Made by a program: the position numbers and the translations under genes. Positions 39,203 to 48,027 of a DNA stretch of 64,000 nucleotides are shown one piece after another; the first letter of the stretch is position 1, and each line of letters opens with the position of its first letter. This DNA comes from a virus. The notes under the pieces are model-generated. The model was not told where the DNA came from and ran no database searches. It was given only the letters and a program-made list of their open reading frames with translations. The DNA lies in the IMG/VR virus record IMGVR_UViG_3300017743_000002, positions 38,381 through 102,380 of that record; one strand, written 5' to 3'.

Positions 39203-40025
39203 CCGCTCTACCTTTCATTTGTTCCCAATCTCTATTATTTCTAACCTTATCATTTGTTTGTTTGACTGCTTCTAAAACATTTGTAGTTGTTTTAAATCTA
39301 TTTGCTAAATGAATTAGTGCAGATAAATCTTTTGGGAAACAATGCCCACCATAACCAAAATCACCATCGTGACCAGGAACCATCCAATGTGATTTTCCTA
39401 ATCTTTCATCATAAGTTGCATATTCTACAACCTTATCATAATCTATATTTACCTTTTCACATAATTGATAAATTTCATTAGCAAATGATACTTTAGTTGA
39501 GAGGAATGTATTAGTTAAATATTTTACCATCTCAGCGTGGGTTGAATCGGTTTTAATTATATCTGCTTTAGGAAATACTTTTGAAAAGATTCGTTTTAAA
39601 GTTGTTGTTGCTGGTCTTGGTCCACCCAATATAATTCTTTTTTGATTATTATAATCTTCAACTGCATTTCTTTCAGTTAAAAACTCTGGATTAAATACGA
39701 CTTGTATATGTTTAGGTGTTATCTTATTAAAAGATGCAACTGTTAATGGTGGTACTGTTGATTTGATTACAACCACCTTTCGTTGGTTTAAGTTAATTAT
39801 TTTTCCTAAGATACTTGCTACAATTGAAATATCACATTCACCTGTTCCCATATGCATAGGTGTTGGTAAACAAAGGAATAGTACATTACAACTTAATACT
39901 TCTTCTTCGGTTGCTGTTGCTTTTGTTTCATCTAAATCATATGTTAATATTTGATAATATTTTTTAAACTTCTGATAAACTGCATTACCAACAAACCCTT
40001 GTCCTATTATTCCTATTTTATTCAT
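39195..40025 (-). CDS. ugd: UDP-glucose/GDP-mannose 6-dehydrogenase family protein, short form
   Basis: GQGFVG, CLPTP, IKSTVPP, FNPEFL, AEMVKYLTN and catalytic GYGGHCFPKD. Lacks the C-terminal UDP-binding domain. Confidence 0.88.
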   Translation of the reverse strand: MNKIGIIGQGFVGNAVYQKFKKYYQILTYDLDETKATATEEEVLSCNVLFLCLPTPMHMGTGECDISIVASILGKIINLNQRKVVVIKSTVPPLTVASFNKITPKHIQVVFNPEFLTERNAVEDYNNQKRIILGGPRPATTTLKRIFSKVFPKADIIKTDSTHAEMVKYLTNTFLSTKVSFANEIYQLCEKVNIDYDKVVEYATYDERLGKSHWMVPGHDGDFGYGGHCFPKDLSALIHLANRFKTTTNVLEAVKQTNDKVRNNRDWEQMKGRAVS

Positions 40026-40027
40026 TA

Positions 40028-43000
40028 CTAAAATTTAATGTTACTGAATCCATTTACTTTTTTAATTTCCATAAGGGAATCTACTACATCTCTCATTGAA
40101 TCAATATGTGATATAATCATCACAAAATCAAATTGTGTTTTCAAATATGCAAACAACATATACAATGATGTTAGATTCTCATTATCTAATGTTCCAAACC
40201 CTTCATCAATTACTAAGAAGTTAGGGCGAGGAAGATTACATACATTGATTAGAGCGATTCTAATGGCTAATCCACTAATGAACCTCTCCATACCACTACA
40301 CATCTCTAAACTCCATTTCTGGTCATCATAAACGATGTTAGCGTTAACGTTCTTACCATCCATCTCTAATTGTAATCCAAACTCTACGATTTGACCTAAG
40401 ATATTGTTTACTTCACCTTCAATCATTGGTAATGCTTTGGAAATCAGTTCATACGATACACCATCTTTTCCTAAAGCGTTCAGATAATATTCGTACAATC
40501 CAAATTGTTCTTCTAACTTAGATACTTCATCTATTCTATCTTCGATAGTTTTCTTTTGATTCTTTAAAGAAGATACTGAACCATTTAGTACTAATATATC
40601 TGCTTCACTATTTGATAAGATTTGTTTTGATTTGCCTAACTTATGTCTTACATCAACAATCTCATCTCTAAGTTCTTTATTCTTATTAATTTGTTTTTCA
40701 TTATCCAAATAATCCTCAATAAGTTGTGTAACTTGAAGAAGTTCGTTATTTAGTTTGATTTCTTGAGTTTCGAATGTTGATAACTTGTTGATAAGTATGT
40801 TAATATCTCTACTTACTTTGTTTTCATCTTCTTTAAGTTTATTCAACTTTTTATATTCTAACTCAAATGGAGCTAACTCTTTTCGTTTAGATACCAACTC
40901 AGATTGTTTGTTTTCTAAATCACTTAGTTCTGATTTGATGGTTTCCAATTCACTCTCTACCTTTTCTTTTTGCTCTAAGATAGTTTGTGAGTTCTCCATA
41001 CAAATATCACAATCTTCATTGTATTTGTGGGAATCCAAATGTTGTTTTCTCTCATTAAAGGATTCACTCTTTATAAGGTGTTTTTCAATATTGTTTTCAA
41101 CGAGTGTAAGTTCATATCCCACCTCATTATATTCCGCTAGACCCTCATCAATTTTATCCTCATCAAATGAATCTATTTTTTCTTCTAATTGGATTTGGGT
41201 TTCCTCAAACTCTCCAATCTTAGATTGTATCTTATCTCTTTGAGATAACAATTCGGTTAACGAAGTTTCCGAAGTCGATTTTTTGTTTTGTAATTCTTCT
41301 AAAGAATAGTTATCGGATTTAACTTTTACAATCTTTTCGTTGAGAGAGATTAATTTCTGATTGTGCTTTTCTACTACTTCTTTAGCAGTAGTTAAACTAA
41401 CTTCTTCTAATTTGTATTCAGCTTCTGCTCTCTTTAAATCAATTTGTATATCAGCTAATTGTTGAGTAAAATCATCTCTCTTAAACTTTCGTATTAAGGA
41501 AGCGTTATCTCTATTCTCATTATAAGCATGTGAGTAAAGTTTATCAAAGATATCCACACCCATAAATTGAGCAAGGATTTCTTTTCTCTCACTTTGTGAT
41601 TTATCAATGAATAGGGAATTGTTACCTTGAAGTGAAAGTGTAGTTAGTACAAAATCTTCATACGTTCCTAAGTATTGTTGAATGATGGAGTTGGTATCCC
41701 TCCGTTGCTCTCCATTCAAGGAGTGGATACCACCCTCATCCTCTCTCCAAAAGGATACATCTACTTTTAGATTTTTCCCTTTGTTGATTAACTTTGCTCT
41801 TCTCTCAATAAAGTAATCTACATCTTCTATTTGAAAGTGTAATTTACAATAGAAGTTACCCTTTCTATTATTAAGAATGTTCTTTGCTATATAGGTTCTA
41901 CTTGTTTTGTCGAATATAAAAAAGGATAGTGCATCGAATAAAGATGATTTACCTGAAGCATTAGGAGCGAATATACCTACTATACCATTAGTGTTTTCAA
42001 ATCTTATCTTATTGTTCTCACCATAGGAAAACATATTAGAAAATTCAAATTGCTTAGGAACCCATTGTATATTAGGTGTTACATCATCATCAACTAACTT
42101 TGTGTTGATTTGTCTGTTGATTTGTTTTATCTTATCAATAGTATCATCATCTGCCAAATATTGTCTTTCCAAATAATCTTTAATCAGTTCATTTTGGAAT
42201 TCAACATCTCTCACATTTCCAATTGCTAACTTATCATCAAAGTTACCAGTCTTTTGTTTAGATAAAGTATCCATTCGAGTAACAGTGAACTCTTGTACTT
42301 TATATTGTTTTTTAATTTTTGTTAATGCCTTTTTAATCTGAGAAGGGTCAGTATTTGAAACTCTAACTCTTAATCTAGGTTTCTTTGGCATATTAGTAAC
42401 TGTTGGAACTACACCATTGTTTACATCTAATGTATAGAAACCATAATCGTTTGGTAAATCAACCTCTTCGAATGTTCTACTTTCAACATCCCATAATAGA
42501 TAACCATGCTTCTCTAATGATTCGCCGTGGTTTTGTTGAATCATAGAACCAGCATATGCAATGGTTGATGAACCTAATGTTTGTCTTTTATGGATATCAC
42601 CTAACATCACCATATCGAATCCTTCAAACATATCAGTTGTGAAAGAGTTAGATGATACAGTATATCCTATATCAGTTTGTGCTAAATTAACGGGTCCGTG
42701 GAATAAACAAATAGTATTCTCACCTTCTACCACTTCTGCCTTTGGCCAATTCTCTTTGTTATCGAGTATCGAATAAACCACAAAAGTAATGTTATGGAAG
42801 GGATACACACCAGTATCTTTGAGGTAGTGGATTCTATCATTTTCTAAGTTTTCTACAATTGGAGTGAGTACATCCAATCTATAATTGTTGTTTAAGTTAC
42901 AATCGTGATTACCAGTGATTAAGAATGTATGTTTTCTATTTGCACACTCAGTTAAGAACCAACTGATTTCTCTGATTAACTCAGGACTCATTTCAGTTTT

Positions 43001-43159
43001 TGCATGTGCAATATCACCAGCTAAATAGATAACTGAATTCTCAATGTTATCTTTATCTACGTTGTTTAAGAATTTTTGGAATACTTCTCTATATTCCTTA
43101 TGTCTTTTTAGATTACGAATATGTAAATCCGCTAAATGGTAGATTTTTTCTACTATCAT
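40028..43159 (-). CDS. Fused Mre11/SbcD nuclease - Rad50/SbcC ATPase (T4 gp47+gp46-like)
   Basis: ADLH, AGD, GNHD, FHG and GDIH phosphoesterase motifs. Then Walker A APNASGKS, Zn-hook CDIC, signature CSGME and Walker B LVIDEGFG. Confidence 0.92.
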   Translation of the reverse strand: MIVEKIYHLADLHIRNLKRHKEYREVFQKFLNNVDKDNIENSVIYLAGDIAHAKTEMSPELIREISWFLTECANRKHTFLITGNHDCNLNNNYRLDVLTPIVENLENDRIHYLKDTGVYPFHNITFVVYSILDNKENWPKAEVVEGENTICLFHGPVNLAQTDIGYTVSSNSFTTDMFEGFDMVMLGDIHKRQTLGSSTIAYAGSMIQQNHGESLEKHGYLLWDVESRTFEEVDLPNDYGFYTLDVNNGVVPTVTNMPKKPRLRVRVSNTDPSQIKKALTKIKKQYKVQEFTVTRMDTLSKQKTGNFDDKLAIGNVRDVEFQNELIKDYLERQYLADDDTIDKIKQINRQINTKLVDDDVTPNIQWVPKQFEFSNMFSYGENNKIRFENTNGIVGIFAPNASGKSSLFDALSFFIFDKTSRTYIAKNILNNRKGNFYCKLHFQIEDVDYFIERRAKLINKGKNLKVDVSFWREDEGGIHSLNGEQRRDTNSIIQQYLGTYEDFVLTTLSLQGNNSLFIDKSQSERKEILAQFMGVDIFDKLYSHAYNENRDNASLIRKFKRDDFTQQLADIQIDLKRAEAEYKLEEVSLTTAKEVVEKHNQKLISLNEKIVKVKSDNYSLEELQNKKSTSETSLTELLSQRDKIQSKIGEFEETQIQLEEKIDSFDEDKIDEGLAEYNEVGYELTLVENNIEKHLIKSESFNERKQHLDSHKYNEDCDICMENSQTILEQKEKVESELETIKSELSDLENKQSELVSKRKELAPFELEYKKLNKLKEDENKVSRDINILINKLSTFETQEIKLNNELLQVTQLIEDYLDNEKQINKNKELRDEIVDVRHKLGKSKQILSNSEADILVLNGSVSSLKNQKKTIEDRIDEVSKLEEQFGLYEYYLNALGKDGVSYELISKALPMIEGEVNNILGQIVEFGLQLEMDGKNVNANIVYDDQKWSLEMCSGMERFISGLAIRIALINVCNLPRPNFLVIDEGFGTLDNENLTSLYMLFAYLKTQFDFVMIISHIDSMRDVVDSLMEIKKVNGFSNIKF

Positions 43160-44094
43160 ATATTATTTAGTTTTGAAAGGATTAAATCATCCCAACCGGT
43201 TTCTTCGGTTTCTTTTAACAAATTATTGATTTTATCAAATCCCAAATCTCCAGCATCACCACCTTCAGGTATAACATTCTTTACCTTTATACCATTTTTG
43301 ATAAAATAGTTTGCATGTTTGGTAGAATCATCTACTGCATCGGAATCTAACAATATGTTGATTTCCTTTACACCCTTCTCTTTAATTTTGTTTTGTAAAC
43401 TTCGAGGTATAAACTTTCCTAAAATAGGAATCACATTTCGTTTAACTGAGAATGAATCAAAAACACCTTCTACTAATGTAATAGGTTCTTTCCAATCGAT
43501 TTGATTATCAAATACAATTACATTCCTACTAACAGGTGGATTCTTATATTTCATCTTCTCATCTTCATAAAAAGAACGAGCAATAAAATAGTTTAATTCA
43601 CCATCTTCATTATAAGATGGAATAATTATTCTACCACTATACAATCCTTCCTCACAATAACCAATGTTATATTTCAAAACCTCATCCATAGAAATACTTC
43701 TTTGTTTGAGATAATGAATTGCTTGATTATAAATCGGATTAATTGATTTAGGTTTTTTAGAAAGTGTTTTGAATTCTTTTGGAAGTCTGAGAACTATCTT
43801 CTCTACTTCTAATTCGTTTCGTTTTGGTTTATACTCACCATATATAGAATGAATTCTTGCTAATTCACTCTTATCAACATTTAGTTTATAAAGTAAGGAT
43901 TGAATACTCCTACCCTTAGAATCACATACCCAACAATGCCAATATTGAGATTCTAAATTTATTTGGAGTTTCTTCTTATGGTGATGACAAAAAGGACAAT
44001 GATGTGCTTGTTCATTTCCTTTCATTGATGTACCAACACCTAATGTAGAATCCAATACGTTTATAACAACTAACTTATTTCTTGCGGAGAGCAT
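43156..44094 (-). CDS. DNA primase (Zn finger + TOPRIM)
   Basis: CPFC...HCWVC, GRIIIP, YFIAR, KYKNP, LVEGVFD and LLDSD. Confidence 0.9.
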   Translation of the reverse strand: MLSARNKLVVINVLDSTLGVGTSMKGNEQAHHCPFCHHHKKKLQINLESQYWHCWVCDSKGRSIQSLLYKLNVDKSELARIHSIYGEYKPKRNELEVEKIVLRLPKEFKTLSKKPKSINPIYNQAIHYLKQRSISMDEVLKYNIGYCEEGLYSGRIIIPSYNEDGELNYFIARSFYEDEKMKYKNPPVSRNVIVFDNQIDWKEPITLVEGVFDSFSVKRNVIPILGKFIPRSLQNKIKEKGVKEINILLDSDAVDDSTKHANYFIKNGIKVKNVIPEGGDAGDLGFDKINNLLKETEETGWDDLILSKLNNI

Positions 44095-44108
44095 AAATTA
44101 AATTTTAA

Positions 44109-44140
44109 GTAAATATACGAAAAATTTTTTAATTATCCAA
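44109..44140 (-). promoter_or_regulatory. Putative host-type promoter upstream of primase
   Basis: TTGGATAATTAAAAAATTTTTCGTATATTTAC. Confidence 0.65.
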
Positions 44141-44336
44141 TTTTTGAATTAGAAACTTCGTTTAAAAAATTTCCTAACTTCTTTGTTGCTTCAATAAAAT
44201 CAGTGTCAACTTTTCTATCTTCCATACCCTTTACTAGTTGTTGGATAGATTTTACAGCTACTTTTATTGCATCATCTTTTGCGTTTAACGAATTTTTGTT
44301 TATGCCATATCTTTTGGCTATTTGGTCTAAAGTCAT
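44133..44336 (-). CDS. Small protein with a possible HTH N-terminus
   Basis: MTLDQIAKRYGINKNSL resembles a helix-turn-helix. Confidence 0.45.
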   Translation of the reverse strand: MTLDQIAKRYGINKNSLNAKDDAIKVAVKSIQQLVKGMEDRKVDTDFIEATKKLGNFLNEVSNSKIG

Positions 44337-44369
44337 AATATTATTTTTTATGTATATACAATTTGAGTA

Positions 44370-44400
44370 CTAATATACAAATAATTTTTTAATTATCCAA
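44370..44400 (-). promoter_or_regulatory. Putative host-type promoter
   Basis: TTGGATAATTAAAAAATTATTTGTATATTAG. Confidence 0.6.
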
Positions 44401-44853
44401 ATCTTTTTTATAAAATTTTCCTAAAATATTACCATTTAAACAATTTTCATCGGAAAGTACATCATATTTGAACTGATATTGTACTTCATAATAAGATAAG
44501 GATTTTTTTGAATAGCAGAATTGTAATACACTTCTTTTAAACTCATCTTCTTTACCTTCTGAGATTTGTTCTTTAATCCAATCGTTTGATGAGTAGTATT
44601 TCTGCCAGTCAGAAGATTTTCTAACTTTTTTCTTTTTGGGTAGTGAACCTCGTATACCAGCTAACTTTCGTTCTTCTTTAATACGTTGTAATTCCCTTTT
44701 TCCAATTTTTACATTACGAACACTTTGTAAGGATTTCTTACCAATGTAGTATTTGCCAGTTGGAATATGTTCTATTAGATAAACAAATCCTACGGCATTT
44801 TCGGGTATAACATCTTCGGTAACATCGTTACCATTCCATAACCAATTTAGCAT
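44389..44853 (-). CDS. GIY-YIG family nuclease
   Basis: GFVYLIEHIPTGKYYIGKK, WQKYYSS, FKRSVL, YYE and LNGNI. Confidence 0.85.
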   Translation of the reverse strand: MLNWLWNGNDVTEDVIPENAVGFVYLIEHIPTGKYYIGKKSLQSVRNVKIGKRELQRIKEERKLAGIRGSLPKKKKVRKSSDWQKYYSSNDWIKEQISEGKEDEFKRSVLQFCYSKKSLSYYEVQYQFKYDVLSDENCLNGNILGKFYKKDLDN

Positions 44854-44859
44854 TAAATC

Positions 44860-45066
44860 TTATTTAAATGTATCAGAGTAAGGTTTTCCTGGTTTGAATC
44901 CTGCACTACCTTGTCCTAACTTTCCACCACCAGCTTTTTCGATAGCCTTCTGGTCTTTAGATAAATCCAATCCACCATCTGCTTCTAATTTAGTTTTATC
45001 TCCACCTTTAAGGTTTGCCTTTGATTGAGCAGGTGCGTTATTTTTTAATCTTTCTTCTAAAGTCAT
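44860..45066 (-). CDS. Small hypothetical late protein
   Basis: 68 aa, G/K-rich. Late box at 45087-45094 and an AAAGGA ribosome-binding site. Confidence 0.55.
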   Translation of the reverse strand: MTLEERLKNNAPAQSKANLKGGDKTKLEADGGLDLSKDQKAIEKAGGGKLGQGSAGFKPGKPYSDTFK

Positions 45067-45099
45067 AATTGTGTTCCTTTATATATTATAAATATAACC

Positions 45100-46038
45100 C
45101 TATGTATCAAAACGAACTATGAAGTTCACTGGATAATCGGGTAATGATTTAATTGGTTGAGGTAACTTTGCTACACCCACCATATTGTTATCATTATCAT
45201 ATAAACCTATTGTTGTAATAAATGGTGCTAAATAAGAACCTGTTTGGTCAGTTGAACCACTTACTTCATAATCATCAAAACTTCCTACACTTACACCATC
45301 TATTGATGATACGATAGGATGTGATTTTCCTTTTACATATTTAGAACCTGGTTGATAAAATGATTGAGAAACATATTCTTGGTCTATCAATCTACTACCT
45401 GGCTTTGTAATACTAATAGTATTTTTTACACCACCAACTTCATGCACTGCCGTTGGGTTTTGTGATACGTTAAATTCGTTTTCATTTACTGATAGGAATA
45501 TTTCATTTTCGTAAATAGTCATTGTAGACCTATATGAAATATCAAAAGTTGTTAAAGATGTATTATCAACAATACCATCAGTTAAAACTATTAACCCCCT
45601 ATCGTAAAAAATATTTCCTTTTATATTAGATGCAGAATCTATTAGATTAGAATTACCATCATCTGTTAAATCAATTGTACCATATTCAACTTGTAATGAA
45701 CCTATCTTAACCCCCTCACCAAAATATTGTTGTGGAATTGAAAGTACTCCTATTGTATCACCAATAACTCTTTCATTAGTTGATGCATATGATTCTCTTT
45801 TCCCAACCTCCGTTAAAATAGATGATGTAGCTGGGTTTAGGTAGAATTGTGCTTTTACCGAATCATATAAAGTTCTTTTAGAGATTCCATTTGAATTTTT
45901 TACATCAGTATTCACATCATACAAGTCCGTTTGATTCGTACCATATAATGGTGTAATATCATCCTCATCCAAAGTCCATTCTTTATAAACTTTGAAAGGT
46001 CTTACTACAATATCCGATTTTGGAATTTCTTTTAGCAT
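45100..46038 (-). CDS. Virion baseplate / fibre-attachment protein
   Basis: C-terminal FITTIGLYDNDNNMVGVAKLPQPIK (tail-collar/DUF3751-like) and GNIFYDRGLIVL. Paralogous to 46119..47315. Confidence 0.6.
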   Translation of the reverse strand: MLKEIPKSDIVVRPFKVYKEWTLDEDDITPLYGTNQTDLYDVNTDVKNSNGISKRTLYDSVKAQFYLNPATSSILTEVGKRESYASTNERVIGDTIGVLSIPQQYFGEGVKIGSLQVEYGTIDLTDDGNSNLIDSASNIKGNIFYDRGLIVLTDGIVDNTSLTTFDISYRSTMTIYENEIFLSVNENEFNVSQNPTAVHEVGGVKNTISITKPGSRLIDQEYVSQSFYQPGSKYVKGKSHPIVSSIDGVSVGSFDDYEVSGSTDQTGSYLAPFITTIGLYDNDNNMVGVAKLPQPIKSLPDYPVNFIVRFDT

Positions 46039-46070
46039 ACAGAAATACTTTTATATAAATATTAAGAAAC

Positions 46071-46095
46071 AAAAAACCCCACATTTAGTGGGGTT
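46071..46095 (-). terminator. Rho-independent terminator
   Basis: Minus strand reads AACCCCAC-taaat-GTGGGGTT followed by a U-tract, downstream of 46119..47315. Confidence 0.8.
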
Positions 46096-46118
46096 CTTAT
46101 AAATATAAGTCTATTTGA

Positions 46119-47315
46119 TTAGAATGAAAGTTTAACTTTAATTAGAACTTCCTTATCAAATGATTTTTCAATAGGTTGTGAAGTTTTTGCTACTGCAATC
46201 AATTCATTTGCATCGTTCAATAAACCAACCGTTGTAATATAAACTTTCGGGTCAGTTTCAAATGATGTTTCTGCAAACGTTCCGTTAGCATTTACATACG
46301 TTGGATTGTTTGAGTAGTTAAATTCTCTATTCGTTGCTCTTACGAAGAAGTGTCTTGTAGATACATTTTCAGTTCTTCTTGCTTGGAAATCAGCACCTAA
46401 ATCAATTGAGTTATATAATAACTTATGATTTTCTTCCTCAACCGTTACTAATAGTGAACCTGATACATTACCTTGTCCATCAATATCTCCAACAGTTTCT
46501 CCAATTGCATCTGGGTTAAGAACTATAATTCCTTTATCAGGGTAAAATAATCCAAATCCTTTATCATCCGATGAAGTTGTACTATTAATAATTGCTGCGC
46601 TTTCAGTACCTAAGTTAAGTGAACCACTTACTACTTTAAATACTCTACCAGCTTTTCCTAAAGTATCTCCAAACTTCTTACCACTATCATCAATGAATTG
46701 ATACAATCCTTTAGAACCTGATAGATTTAATGACCAGTTTCCTGGATCCATTTTTTCTCTATATCTAGCTCTATTGATGTTAACAGCGTAAATAGCATTT
46801 GAATCAGCTGCTATACCAGCTCCATTCTCAAAAGAGAACTTAGAATCAGTTGGGTCTAAAAGAACTGATTTGTACTGAGCGTAAGTTGCTTTTGAAGCAA
46901 GTAGTGCATCATCTGAGTTTTGTAATGATACCGAACCACTTCCGTTTACGTGTCCGTATGCTACACCAAACTGAACTTCTGCTGAAGTATCAGATGCTGG
47001 GTTAGCGTTATATACATTGTAGTAATAATCACCACTGGTAGCTGCTACCTGAGTTGATGAGGTGAATGCTGCAGTTAAAGAACCAGTATCACCAGTCCAT
47101 AAACCAGTTGTTACTACTTCTACTTTTGCATTTACTTTATCAAATTCACCAAATCTTTTATAGATACCAGATGATACTCCGGTTGTTGATGAAATTTGTT
47201 GTCCTGCAGGAAGTGCTGAATTTAAAAGGGCTACAACATCACTACTGTCGATTGTTCCGCCACTAGCTAAATCTTGTAGTTGAGCGGTTATGTCTGCGTT
47301 ATTTATAATTGCCAT
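46119..47315 (-). CDS. Virion baseplate / fibre-attachment protein
   Basis: GLFYPDKGIIVL, EFNYSNNPT and YITTVGLLNDANELIAVAKTSQPIEK. Followed by its own terminator. Confidence 0.6.
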   Translation of the reverse strand: MAIINNADITAQLQDLASGGTIDSSDVVALLNSALPAGQQISSTTGVSSGIYKRFGEFDKVNAKVEVVTTGLWTGDTGSLTAAFTSSTQVAATSGDYYYNVYNANPASDTSAEVQFGVAYGHVNGSGSVSLQNSDDALLASKATYAQYKSVLLDPTDSKFSFENGAGIAADSNAIYAVNINRARYREKMDPGNWSLNLSGSKGLYQFIDDSGKKFGDTLGKAGRVFKVVSGSLNLGTESAAIINSTTSSDDKGFGLFYPDKGIIVLNPDAIGETVGDIDGQGNVSGSLLVTVEEENHKLLYNSIDLGADFQARRTENVSTRHFFVRATNREFNYSNNPTYVNANGTFAETSFETDPKVYITTVGLLNDANELIAVAKTSQPIEKSFDKEVLIKVKLSF

Positions 47316-47330
47316 ATCTAATATCCTTTA

Positions 47331-47963
47331 TTAATTGTTGCTTCTATAAGTTACAGTTACAGGAATAGTTTGTGAACCACCTGTTTCATTTCCATATACC
47401 GTTATTGTAGAAGAAACATTAGATGTTAACGCTGGATTAGGAGTAAATGTAAATGCTAAACCACTAACAACTTGTGCCGTAGTTGTGATTTCCTCTCCCA
47501 AGAAAACAGGAACCGAACCGGCTGCTGTTGCTCCTTGCGTTACTGCTAATGTACCAGCTCTCTGGTCTGCTAATACAACAGTGTATCCAGCATTTGTATT
47601 TCCTTGCGGTGAAGTTGTTGGTGAGAGAGCAACTTGCCCCTCATCTTGAAAAACTCCTACACCTCCAGTAATACCCAATGCTACCACTGGAATCTGAGTT
47701 GTACCTTTTGGTAATGTAACTATCTTGTATCTTAATACTTGAGTTTCGTCTGGACTAGCTTCCAGAATTGGTATCGCCTTAATTGCCGAATCATAATACG
47801 CTGAACCCTTTGGGTGCGCTGGTTCGTACAATGTATAATCAATCTCATCATCTCCTAATGCGAATTTGGAAATGCCGAGAGCTTGACCAGATGCCAACTT
47901 CTGTCTACCTTTTTTGGTTAGGATGGCATCGACTGTAATTGATGTATTGTCTAAATATCCCAT
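47331..47963 (-). CDS. Baseplate wedge / tail-collar-like protein
   Basis: AILTKKGRQKLA...ISKFALGDDEIDY resembles the DUF3751 N-terminal half. C-terminal Ig-like strands. Late box at 48001-48008. Confidence 0.6.
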   Translation of the reverse strand: MGYLDNTSITVDAILTKKGRQKLASGQALGISKFALGDDEIDYTLYEPAHPKGSAYYDSAIKAIPILEASPDETQVLRYKIVTLPKGTTQIPVVALGITGGVGVFQDEGQVALSPTTSPQGNTNAGYTVVLADQRAGTLAVTQGATAAGSVPVFLGEEITTTAQVVSGLAFTFTPNPALTSNVSSTITVYGNETGGSQTIPVTVTYRSNN

Positions 47964-48027
47964 AATTTGTTTTAATTTGCCCTTTTGTTTATTATGTACT
48001 AATAAATATAACTATTTTAAAATTTAA

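Noticed and set aside
44389-44853. Intron-encoded or mobile homing endonuclease
   Set aside because: Free-standing, short, lacks C-terminal DNA-binding repeats, and the flanking genes are not interrupted.
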